A model generated the notes under the pieces. The model searched no databases. It saw only the letters and a program-made list of their open reading frames with translations, and had not been told where the DNA came from. From the IMG/VR virus record IMGVR_UViG_3300025120_000020: a stretch of DNA of 64,000 nt. The stretch is one strand, 5' to 3'. This document shows positions 1 to 11,100 of the stretch, one piece after another; positions within the stretch are counted from its first letter, which is position 1; the number at the start of each line of letters is the position of its first letter. Both the position numbers and the translations under genes were made by a program. The DNA is from a virus.

Positions 1-200
1 CCCGCTGCTGATCGCAACGACATGCCTACCTTCTCCCGACGCTCACGGATCAGACGACCAATAATTAGCTCGTCATGCCTCCATGACTGCCTTGCCTTAA
101 TTGGAATGTTGTGAGCCTCTGAGCCGTCACGAAGCCACTCTGGGAGCGCTTCAAGAGCTTTTGGAGCAGAATCATATTCAGCCTGCAAGCTCTTCGGCAT
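1..200 (-). CDS. XRE-family helix-turn-helix protein (partial, runs off left edge)
   Basis: Manual translation from ATG at 200: MPKSLQAEY...IIGRLIRERREKVGMSLRSAA, a typical start of an HTH_XRE domain; absent from the ORF track because it is truncated. Confidence 0.6.
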   Translation of the reverse strand, partial: MPKSLQAEYDSAPKALEALPEWLRDGSEAHNIPIKARQSWRHDELIIGRLIRERREKVGMSLRSAA

Positions 201-378
201 ATTCTTTAAGCTCAGTTTCAATTTCTTCAAAAGCGGTCGCGTCATAAGGGTCATCTTCGCCTTGCGAGCGGGCTTCCACATTTGCCACTTTCATCTTTTC
301 AATAGCGGCGTTACACCGACATGCGTTTGCATGAGCAGCAAGAATGCCTCTCATCTCATTTTCTATTTCTATATCCAT
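178..378 (-). CDS. hypothetical phage protein
   Basis: 66-aa ORF tightly packed between neighbours on the same strand. Confidence 0.5.
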   Translation of the reverse strand: MDIEIENEMRGILAAHANACRCNAAIEKMKVANVEARSQGEDDPYDATAFEEIETELKEYAEELAG

Positions 379-387
379 ACTGTCAAC

Positions 388-606
388 CTAAAGTGGCGGA
401 CAGGATACGTCAATAGGATTTTTACTAAGAACCCAGTTCAGTAATGGGCGATCATGGATCAACCACTCAAGACCGTGTCGAGTGGTCTTGCCTTCATAAC
501 AATGCAACAGGGAGCGACCAGATAACTTGATCTTACTGTCGTGGCCGATGTCTATCCATTTCCCTTCGCGAACGACGGGGGCGAGTCTATTCATGAGCTT
601 GCTCAT
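388..606 (-). CDS. hypothetical phage protein
   Basis: 72-aa ATG ORF in a run of co-oriented genes. Confidence 0.5.
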   Translation of the reverse strand: MSKLMNRLAPVVREGKWIDIGHDSKIKLSGRSLLHCYEGKTTRHGLEWLIHDRPLLNWVLSKNPIDVSCPPL

Positions 607-650
607 GTGGCTAAGATTTCAGAAAAGCAAACAATTTACAAGTGCAAATT

Positions 651-1283
651 TCAACTCGACCACTTCTCGATAGTGTCCCTGTTCCCCTTAGATCGAAGCA
701 TTTCACCCATAGAGCGGGAAATAACCTCAGCCTCAACCGGAGTGTCAGGCTGATCTGGAACCTCTTGCAACGCCTCCTCCGCCTCTTCTTCATCTCCTTC
801 CAGCATGGCTTCTGCTGGCACCTCAATAATTTCACCGTCTTCCTCCTTTGATTTATCCAGCATCCTACCAACCGCTCGTCGTAGCGCGGGAGACTTTTGC
901 ATCTTGTTCTCCAAGGTTTGCATAGTGTCTACGTTATGGACAATAGCCTCAGTGCGGGCTACAGGCATTCCTATCTGGTATTGCAACAGCAATTTCAAAG
1001 AATCGAGTTGAGTTTTGAAGTCAGGAACCTCAAGCGGTCGTCCTCCAACCGCCATGGTCTTTGTCGCCTTTAGTAGACCCTCCAGCTTATCTACGACTTT
1101 TTTGGGGCCAAATCTCGTTGCAAGTTCTTCAATAACTTTCGTCGAGAGGTCAGCGGGAGTAATCGACAACCTTCCCTCCTCTGCGGCGCTCTCGATTTCT
1201 TTTGTTTTTACGTGAACAGTTGTTGTTTCCTCAGGCTCTCCTCCCTCCGGAGGGGGAGTGAGAGTTGGTGCTGAATTACTCAT
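651..1283 (-). CDS. hypothetical protein, possibly terminase small subunit
   Basis: Start MSNSAP at 1283 is supported by a leaderless promoter; helical PDFKTQLDSLKLLLQY segment and acidic tail resemble small terminases. Confidence 0.45.
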   Translation of the reverse strand: MSNSAPTLTPPPEGGEPEETTTVHVKTKEIESAAEEGRLSITPADLSTKVIEELATRFGPKKVVDKLEGLLKATKTMAVGGRPLEVPDFKTQLDSLKLLLQYQIGMPVARTEAIVHNVDTMQTLENKMQKSPALRRAVGRMLDKSKEEDGEIIEVPAEAMLEGDEEEAEEALQEVPDQPDTPVEAEVISRSMGEMLRSKGNRDTIEKWSS

Positions 1284-1290
1284 TGCAACG

Positions 1291-1319
1291 AGGCTATCTG
1301 TATGATTTAATAATTGCAA
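1291..1319 (-). promoter_or_regulatory. sigma70-like promoter TTGCAA-17-TAGCCT, 7 nt before ATG 1283
   Basis: Seen directly; lies in a divergent intergenic region with two TTGCAA copies (1283, 1314). Confidence 0.55.
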
Positions 1320-1336
1320 GCCTCCAACCACTGACC

Positions 1337-2161
1337 ATGTCTACACCTCAAAGAATGTCAATGTCCCTCCCGACCGCGCCAACAAATCTCTTCAGCCTAT
1401 CCTCTGGGATAAACAAAACGCGAGACAGCAGGGATCTTCCCGGCGCAACTGGGAATAATCCCAATCCAGTTAAAAACACGGGGCCGTCAGGAGCAAGAAA
1501 CAGAGGATTTGAACGATTTATGGAGTTTGAGCGGAGCGGTCGCGGGGGTCGTAGGCTTTCTGGAAAAGATAAAAAATCGGGAGCGGTTTACACCGAAGGC
1601 TCATTTAAGGGCATGACCCAAGGACAAGCTGACAATAGGCAGCGGCCTCTCCTTAGGAATAAATGGAATAGCATGACCTCGGAGCAGCAAGATCAATACC
1701 GTGATGTGACTGCTGCTGATATGGAGTCAGATCGCCAAGCTGCCATTCAAGCCGAGCGCGACAAGGCGATGGTCGCGAGAGAGGCTGATACGCAAAGGCG
1801 TCAAGACGAGGAAAGGTTTAGGATGGAGGCCGACAAGCGAGATAGAGAAGAAGCCAAAAAAAACGCAGCGACTGAATTTAAGCCTAACACTGGCCAAGGC
1901 TCCGGTGATAATGTTGTCGAAAACAAAAAAGCTCCGGTTACAAACCCAAGTTCTCCTCCTGCCGAGACTGCTTCTGCAAAAGTTAGCCCCGTAAAACAGG
2001 TGGGAACAATAAGCGGAATCTCGGCTAAGCGTTACAATGAGACAACCAAGGATCAGCGAGACTTTGCGGATCAAAATAGCGGAACGGCTACACGATTAAA
2101 AAATAAGTCCCAAAAAATGGCGGAAGATGCCAAAAAGAAAAAAGAGGAAGACAACGCCTAA
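1337..2161 (+). CDS. hypothetical low-complexity protein, possible internal virion protein
   Basis: ATG MSTPQ at 1337; hydrophilic/coiled-coil; immediately upstream of the giant gene. Confidence 0.6.
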   Translation: MSTPQRMSMSLPTAPTNLFSLSSGINKTRDSRDLPGATGNNPNPVKNTGPSGARNRGFERFMEFERSGRGGRRLSGKDKKSGAVYTEGSFKGMTQGQADNRQRPLLRNKWNSMTSEQQDQYRDVTAADMESDRQAAIQAERDKAMVAREADTQRRQDEERFRMEADKRDREEAKKNAATEFKPNTGQGSGDNVVENKKAPVTNPSSPPAETASAKVSPVKQVGTISGISAKRYNETTKDQRDFADQNSGTATRLKNKSQKMAEDAKKKKEEDNA

Positions 2162-2182
2162 AAACTTTCGCAACAAAATCTG

Positions 2183-5100
2183 ATGCCTGATGATTCCACT
2201 TATAGAGAGGACGCCCCAACTCCGGACCCCTACAAGGGATTCAGCGAAGGCGTAGACCGCCACCGACGAGCCATTGAGGCTACCCGCCGAGCGGCAGAAT
2301 ATGATCGAGCTGCACGAAGAAAGGTGCAGGCAGATCAGGAAGCAGAAGCTGAGCGCATTGCAAAACAGCGTCAAACCGAACGCAATGCAGCTTTTCAAGA
2401 TCAAGCCAAAGAAGAAGGATTTGGCGACTACACCTACAGTGACGCGGAGGGGGACAAGCAATCAGCGCTGACTGAAGAACAAACTCAAGCTCTTAGGCGA
2501 GAAAATCAGGAAGAGATTGCAAGGGAAGCCGCAAAAAGCGCCGCAGCATTCCGCAAAACTGATCTAACTCGGGAGCATGGTCGAGTTAAGTCTGGACTTC
2601 TTACTAAGGATAAATACGAGAAAAAGCTGGGAGCTATCGAAGCTGCTGAACAAAACCTCAGCTATCTTGAGAGCGAGCGCAACGATAACCTAATCAGCTC
2701 CGATGAATACCAAGCTGACTTTAATAGAGTGAGCCAAGAGCTTAGCACCCTCCGGGGGGAGGTAGAGGCTGACGACACAGCCCGCGCTAAGGCTGAAGAG
2801 CTTCAAAAAGAAATATATGCTCAAGAAGATATTGTATCTGATCGTCCAGATTTGCCGACTGCAATCCCTGATGACCCACAGGAAAGAATAGATTATATCG
2901 ATTCATACAACGCCCGAACAAAAAGAGCCAATGCTGCATCCAAAAATCTTTCTATCAATGTTGCGGAGCAATACGAAGCTCACACTAAGCGAGTAGATCA
3001 GCTAAAGCAAAGTTTTAATGAGTGGCAATCGCAAGGCGTAACGCCAGAGGAGTTCAATGAGGCTCAGAATGTGCTGAGAGGGGAATTTGCAAAATCTCAA
3101 TCTCAATATTTGCAAAATCGTTTTGATTACGATCAAGGCATAAAGAGACTTGAGGACGATCAGGAGGATTTGGAATTACTCCGCCCTTACGTCATGGACG
3201 TAATACAGGCGCAAAAGGCATTTGGAATAAAGACAGAAAAAGAAGCCAAGGAGAAGCTGGAACGAGATCGTGCAGAGATCAAGAAGCCCTTGGAAGATAC
3301 GGCCAAGGATTACGAAAGAGTCTCCAAAGAAGCAGCAGAACAGCAGCGCGAGGTAATCAAACTCTTGGACCTTCCACCTGCTAAAACCAAAGAGGAGCAG
3401 GATGAGCGATTGAGCCAAATACAAGAGGAAAGCGACAAAGCACAAGCCACAGCATCGCTGGCCCTTGGTCGTCTTGCTGATGGTCGCCAAAAAATCATGG
3501 CCGCTCTCGTTAATGACAAAGGAAGCAATGAGATTCTTGAAGCCATTGCTTTCAAAGGAGCGGAGAAGCGTTCAGATGGATGGTATGTTCCTGTCGTAGG
3601 AGACGGTAAACTCACTGAAAAGTTCGATACTACAGGTGGAACGTGGTATGAAAATATTGGAAATGTTGCGTTGGGGGCGCTTGCAAACACTGGCGAGTTC
3701 CTTGGGCAGTCAGTTTACAAAATGCAACCCGGAACGCAGCGAGTTAAAAGCCACGTTCTCAACAATCTCCAAGAGGAGCTTGGTTTTGACGACAGTCAAA
3801 TGTGGGAAATGATGTATGACATCAGATATGAGAACGGAGAATGGGAGGACGGAGAAAAAGCTCGCGCTCTTAGCGACGGAAAGATCATTTTTAATCCTTC
3901 CTTAAACATCCTCGACAAAGAAACGTATGACGACGCGGTAAAATCCAGCGGTGCTCCGAGTTGGATGGTGGATTATATGACCAAAGAGAGCATAAGGAAT
4001 GACTACATGTCAACCTACGCCTCGACGGCTCAAGAAGACATGATGCTCGCTTCCGCGCTTCCGGGAGGCATGCCGACTCCGAGCGAATGGTATATGGAGC
4101 ACTACGGCAAATCCGGGAAAAACCCAGATCACACCCAGTGGATGAGAGAGTATCTCGACCAGTATGCTCCTGAGAATCAAAACTTTGGCCAAAGAACGCG
4201 GGCCAAAGCCTCTCTTGTATTAAGGGCTTACTCTATTGGTGGAGGCAAGGTGGTTCAAATGTTTACCGGAGCTGCTGCGATAGGAGGTTCTTCAAACGCT
4301 CGCGACTATGCGTCCACTCTTCAAGATCAGATGGAGGAGCAAAGGCGGGGTCTTGATTCTCAGGGAGGAGAATTTTTCGGCTCTGGTATAGTAAGAACTG
4401 TCCTTGAAGAAGGTCCTTCCGTTTTGCTTACTCTCCCGTTTGGAGGAGTTGGAGGAGGCATCGCTAAATCAGCTTTTGGTCAAGCAATCAAAAAAGGGGC
4501 TCTCAGAGTCCCTACTAAGTATGTCGGAGAGAAGGGTGTTCAGCAATACCTCCAGAGGGTAGGGACAAAAGGAGCACTCGCTGGATCTTCTGTTGGAAGT
4601 GGTTTCCAATCTCTGGGCTTGTCGTTTCAGCATTATTACGATCAAGCGTTAAAGGTAGCGGAAGAGAAAAAAGGAGGCCCTCTCACAGAAGCTGAGAAAG
4701 ACGAGTTAGTAAGCAGCCCAGCCGTTAGGGGCCGATCAGTCGCTGCTGGATTGCTCACCGCAACGATCACCAGAGCTTTTGGGGCCCAACTTCAAAGCAC
4801 GGTTCTCAGAGGGATGTTTGGTGGCAGCAAGACACCACACACTATTCGTGATGTAATGCGCTATATTAAGCGCAATGGACCGAAAGGGATGGCTGACGCA
4901 GAGATCAAAAAGCGTCTAAAAAGTTCTCTTTTTGATGTTCTAAAAGCATCAGGGATTGAGGGTCTTGAGGAAGCCACTGATGAGTTTATTGCTGCAATGA
5001 TGCTCGACCCAGAAGCGAGTCTTGAGTCTGCTTTTGATGTAGCAGTGCAGGCAGGCAGGGCTGGCATAATTCTTGGTGGAGCCAGTAAAATTGCTATGTC

Positions 5101-8100
5101 CTCTTTTTCATCGGGAGTCACTTCGGCAAACGCTTCTGACCCCGAGGTTGCATTGGAGGCCCTCAAGGATTACTACGGAAACGACGTTGACATTACTCAG
5201 ACAGATGTTGAGGAAGCTCTGACTTTTATCAACTACAAGGCGGGCCAAGATGGCGACGGTGACGTTGGAGTAGAGAAGCTCGGCACCGCCATTAAGACCA
5301 ATAAGCAACTCGCCTCACAGGAGGCAGAAGCCGTTTCTGAGCTAACAAGAGCCACTGATGCTGGCGATAGCGCTCGCGCCAAACAGGCTCAGAGAGCCCT
5401 CGATAAGACCAGAATTGCCCGAGCTGTTATCAAGGTTGCAAACGGCCAAGACGTAAACGATCTGACTTTCACCGAACAGAAAGCGATGAACTCCAAGCTG
5501 GTCGATGGCTCTCCAGTAATGGAGATGGTCGATGGACAGATTGTTCTGACTGATTCAGCAATAAATTTAGTCGCCAAGCAAAATTCCGATGCCGCCAGTC
5601 AACTTATTGGCCTTTCCGAAAGCGGTCGCCGCCAAGAGATCCGTCAGCAGGCCAAAGAACGCGCCGAAGCTACTCCCGAAGCTACTCCCGAAGCTACTCC
5701 CGAAGCTACTCCCGAAGGTGCTCCCAAAGGTGCTCCCAAAGGTGCTCCCGAAGCTACTCCCGAAGCTACTCCCGCAACTGAAGCTCCGAAGCCTCTCTCT
5801 CCAGAGAAAGTTGCAGAGAAAGTTGAACGCCGGAAAAAGGCTGGCGTCACCGGAAAGAAAGACGAGAAAATCCTCACCCAAAAAGGTGAGGGCTACAAAA
5901 ACAAAAATACAGCGAAAGTAAGACTCAAAGCCTTAAACGAAAACCCTGCTGATTTTAATTTTGTGGAGGTTGAAAACGGGAAGATAGTCCCAGTTCGCAA
6001 AGCTGACAAGACGACTCCTTATGAAGGTGAAGCCCAAGCCCAAGCCGCTTCAGCAAAACCAGAGGAAGTAACTGGCTCGTCCAAGCCTAAGTGGCGCATT
6101 GGCATTCAGAAGCCGGGAGGGGCTGTTCGCTATGTAGAGGTCGAAGGAAACACCCGTGCGAAAGCCGCCGCCGAAGCCGCCAAGCAGGCTCGCAAAGGAG
6201 AAACGGTAAACCCCTCTCTTGCAGAGCAAATCAAAACGCCCACAGAAGCTAAGGCGCCCAAAAAAGAGGCGCCAGCAGCCAAAAAAGCTGCCACGAAAAA
6301 AGCTGCCACGAAAAAAGCTGCCACGAAAAAAGCTGCCACGAAAAAAAGGACAACAGCGGGAGACGCAAAGGGGGGTATAGGTGTTTTTGGTTCTGGATTA
6401 ACCGAGGCGGCGCACAGAGAAGGACTCAAAAAATTCAAGAGTGGAGAAAAAACAAAGCTCACCACTAAGGCTGAAATTGAAGCGGCCAAGAATGACCCTA
6501 ACTTCATCTTAGGTGAAGACGGAACCATCTTTGCCATAAAAGATTTGGATACTGGTAAGTGGGTGCATGCATCTACTTCCGAAGTCTCTCAGTCTTCTGC
6601 ACCCTATATCGGACAGAGCGCTGAACTCGATAAAGCAATAAAATCCGACAAAACGGGGCTTATTTCCAAAGTTCTCAAGGCGGCAAAAGATGCCGGGATA
6701 CAAATCAACTACTTCAAAAATCCTGCTGAAGCGGAGGAGAAGGGCATCTTGCCCCCACTGAAAACGAATCGGAAAAGGAGAAAAAACGTGCAACCGCGGG
6801 CACACGCTTGGATAAAGGATGACTATACTTTCGGGATTGTTATTTATGACCGTGGGATAAAAGGCAAGAAGAATGCTCAAATCTTACAAACTCTCAAGCA
6901 TGAACTGAAGCATGTCGCGGGATTCCTATACGAAAACACTCCTGAAGGTAATGCTCTTGCGAACAAAATCCAACAGATGTATGACCCCAGTAGCCCGAAT
7001 TATGACCAGAAGGCTGATGATTTGGGTCGAAAAGAATATCCCAGTTGGGATGCTCTTAGCAACAGAAATAAGTTGCGCGAGCAGGCAAGAGCTTTGCTTG
7101 AGGCTGAGGAAGATAACACTTTGAGCGGACTTCGGGACAGCCTTCAGCTTAAAAAATACGTCAAGGCATTCCTTGAATTCCTTGCGGAAATCTTTTCCGC
7201 AAACGGCAACCCTGATTTTGCTAAATTTCTTCGCAAGACCAAAGAGAATCTTGATGCAATAATGTCTGGTGACCTCACTGTTGAATCGACCAGCAAAAAG
7301 AAAAGCAAAACTAAATCCAATGAAGACGTTGAAGGAGACGTGGCACAAGCAATGCCAGCAACTCCTAAGGATGTGCAATTCGCCGATGTGGAAGAGGCGA
7401 TTAGTGGCATGTTCACAAGTATCGAAGAGGCTCCCACTAAAGACGACATCCAAAAGATGCGTGACGACGGTGAGAGCAAGGAGGATATTGAAAAAGCAGA
7501 GGCTAAGATTCTCCCTGAGGGAACCAGCTTCCGACTCGACGAAAAGGGTAGATTGATCATCAGAAAGGATCTTTCTCGCGAGAAAGCTCAGGTAACCCTA
7601 ATCAAAGCGCTTGCGCAACAAGCATCTCGAAAGGCGCTAACCGAATCCGAAGGAGAGTCCCTCTATTCTCTGATGCCGCCTAATCTTCGCAAGATGGTCC
7701 TAAAAAGAGCATCTAAAGTTACGGGCAAAGAGGTCAGCCCGTCTGAGGCTGCTCAATACCTCGTCACACACCTTCTTACTGATAAGACTCTTGCCGCCAC
7801 AGTCCGTGCGCAGGCTCGTAAAAGCACCAATCCCCTCAAGCAAGGCAAGGGGATTACTGGCAGCGAACGAAAATTCCTTGGCATGATTCTTCGTCTTCTC
7901 CGTGGGTTTACCAATAACGTGCGGAAGATAATGGATCGGCTCTCGACGAAAACTGGTCGCCAGCAGCTACAGTTTTATGAGAACTTAGCTCAGTCTATTC
8001 TTATTGACCTTACCGATGCAAGGGCTCTTTCGTCTCTTGGTATTGCGCTCCCCCAGACTCGGCTCACAAGCCCGTCTGATGTTGTTCTTCCGCCAAATGT

Positions 8101-11100
8101 CAGCAAAAAAAGAGGGGGCTACATTGTGGAAATGCCGAATGGCCGAGAAGTTACAGCTCGCACCCGGAATGAGGCGGTCGATATTAACGCGACAAAATTT
8201 GAATCTCAGTTCGACCGAGACATGCGTATTGCTCTGGCGCTTGGGGTTAAAAGAGGTGGTCTTTCAATAGAAGAACTTGAAGCTGACTTAAAGCTGACGA
8301 AGCGGATGGTCGAAGCAGTTTCCGGCAAGATTGGACTGAGCAAAGAGGCCATCTACGCGATGATTCAAGCTCGTTTTGCGGGAGGAGAGACTAACAGTAT
8401 TTTGGATGCCTTTGCTAAAGGCAAGGTTGAGGCAGCATCAGCCCTTCAGCAAAAAATGGAGGTGCTCAAAAGTATCGGAAATCAGGTGGACGGAACTTTG
8501 CAAGAAGGGTCGATCACTGAATTTGCCCGACGAGCACTGGCTGCAAGCCGAGCTTCTACTCAAATCGGCAGCGACTTGGATGGCAACCCCGCTGCAATCG
8601 AATCTATGCGAGCCGCACAGCGACGGTTCATAGAGATTGCAGGAGGGAAATCTTCTAAAAAAGTCCTGTCTTCCCTTAAAGCACTGGACACTAAAAAGAT
8701 GGGTCTGGTTGACCGCCTTGGGGCGTTGCAAACTGAGGATTTCTTAGTTGGCGAAGTTCCTACAAAAGAGTCTCAATCTATCCTTGATGAGATGTCCAAG
8801 GTGGATGACGAGATTGCAAAAGTCCTTAGCGGCGAGGCTTTCTCAGGAGCCTACAAAAAAGCCCTTTTGCGAAATACCGACACTAAGGGTCTTGCCGGGA
8901 GAGGGAATATTGCTGGTCTTGTGGCCTTCACCGAAGCAGCCGATGCGGGAACGGTGATGCATGAGTTTGTTCACGTTCTCCAGAGCCTTAGCGATCCTCG
9001 GACGGGAAAAAGTCTTCTCGATTCCGCTCTCGGATCAAGAGGTGTGCAGAAGATGGAGAAGTGGATTCAGAGAGTCTATCCGGGTGTTGACGAGGGGACC
9101 TACAACTGGAATGAGGCCCTCGCTGAGGGAATGGAGGCATGGTTGCGTGAGGGAGGAAAGGAAGATGCAGAACTTGCAGATGAATTTGCAACCGTTGCAG
9201 GCGCGGTTGGCCGAGCATACAACGGGATGAAAGATCAGCCGGGCTTCGATCTTAATGACGATGCTCGCGAAGTTCTGGAGTCGCTGCTATCACTCGATCC
9301 TGTTGTCGATAACCAAATGCAGGCCAATATTACTCGGGTCCAGCAAATATTCCAAGGCGTCTCGGCTAACACAAAGTTCTTTGGGGACGACATGATTCTT
9401 CCTCTTAATACGGGAGGAATGCAAGTTGGCTTCAAGAAGGAGAAGCCCGCAAGGAATCTCGCCAAAAATCTTGGCAAAAGGTATGAGGATGTGCGCGTAG
9501 CTCAGCACGAAGGCAAATACTACGCCGTCATCACCAGACCGGGGCTCCAGTTTGACCAAAAGGAGTTGAGAATAAAGCTAATTGCAAACCTGCAACAAAG
9601 GGCTCGCAAAGTTAAGATTTCCAAGGTGAGTAAAGCGCGTAACGGCTTCCGAGTTGGAACGATGCTAAATACGAGCAAGCCAGCAGGAGGAAAGAAAAAT
9701 GCCGCTCTCCCCGATCTTGGCGACAACATTACACGGAATAGGATTCCTGAGGAGACCTACAGAAAGCATATGGCCAAGTTCAACTACGGCCACCTTCCAA
9801 AGGCGATCACTGACATCACTGACCCGGACGAGAAGCGTGATGCAGCCATTGCATTCATGAAGGATAACCTCATCGCATTGCACGACGAGGCTAAGTTGCA
9901 ACTCGGGGATGACTTCTACCGGATGGCAACTCAATGGTATGACGGGGCCAACAAGATCGCCAAGCAAATGGCGGCCAAGTATAATGTCTCGGAAGAGCAG
10001 GCCGCAGGAGTAATTGCTGTGCTCTCCCCCCAGAGGGATTGGTTCATGAATCTTGGTCTGGCCGAGAGGGTTCTTGATGTGCTTGCAAACAATAAGCAAA
10101 CCATCATCAACGTGAAGCGGTTTGGTAAAGCGATGGATGACATTGTTGCAAGTGCCTCTTTCAAAGCGACGAGATCGCCCGGCATGACTGATGAGCAGTG
10201 GGCTAAAAGAAAGAGAGGGTTGGCGATTTCAGCAAAGAGTGAACGCCGAAAGATTCTAAACAAACTGAAGGGCAAGTCGATTGCAAGCCTTGCAAACAAC
10301 CCAACAGCTCAAGCGTGGGCGGTTCGAGTTATTGCTCACGGCAAGTTTGGAACTGACTTCCGGGTGTATTCTCCAGATGGGCAGAAGATGCATGTTCAGA
10401 GAAATAACCCTTCCAAATCCCAGATTAAGAAAGGAGAACTCGGGAAACCGTCCAAGATCCAGTGGGGAGGAACTGGTTCCATCTCAGATGCTGTCTCGAT
10501 CTTTGAAGATGGCGCTCGCGTTAATATTAGCCGCCGACTGGGCGCGGAGCACAAAGTCCGAAGCTTCTATAACAACATCATCGCTCCGAACTCGGATATG
10601 GGTGACGTAACTATCGACACCCACGCCGTCGCTGCCTCTCACCTGATGCCATTTGGTGCGTCCGCGATTGAGGTGAAGCACAACTTTGGAGCGATGGGGA
10701 AATCTAATACGGGAGTCTCCGGAGGATACCACCTCTATGCTGACGCCTACCGTCAAGCAGCGGAGGAAGTTGGACTGATGCCACGCCAGATGCAATCGAT
10801 CACATGGGAGGCTATCCGGCTTCTTTATCCAGATTACATGCGCCGGGGAGTTCAGAAAACTAATTTGGTTGCAAAGAACAAATCTCTTTGGCAGGGTCCA
10901 TTCAGTTATGGCGAAGCAAGAACAGGAATCCTCCGAGGAAGCAAACTTCATAGCCCTGAGTGGCTTGGGAGAGGACGAGATCAGTCAGCTCAGACGAGCA
11001 CAGGCAAATTACAAAAAGGAGTTTCAGATGGATCTGACTCTGGAAGAAGTAGCAGGACTGGAGCTGGACGCGCCGGAAGAGGAAGAGGAGGAGTTCAACT

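Noticed and set aside
5666-6340. Tandem repeats as a CRISPR array
   Set aside because: They are in-frame coding repeats without unique spacers; the Cas4-like nuclease at 52771 sits in a replication operon with no other cas genes.
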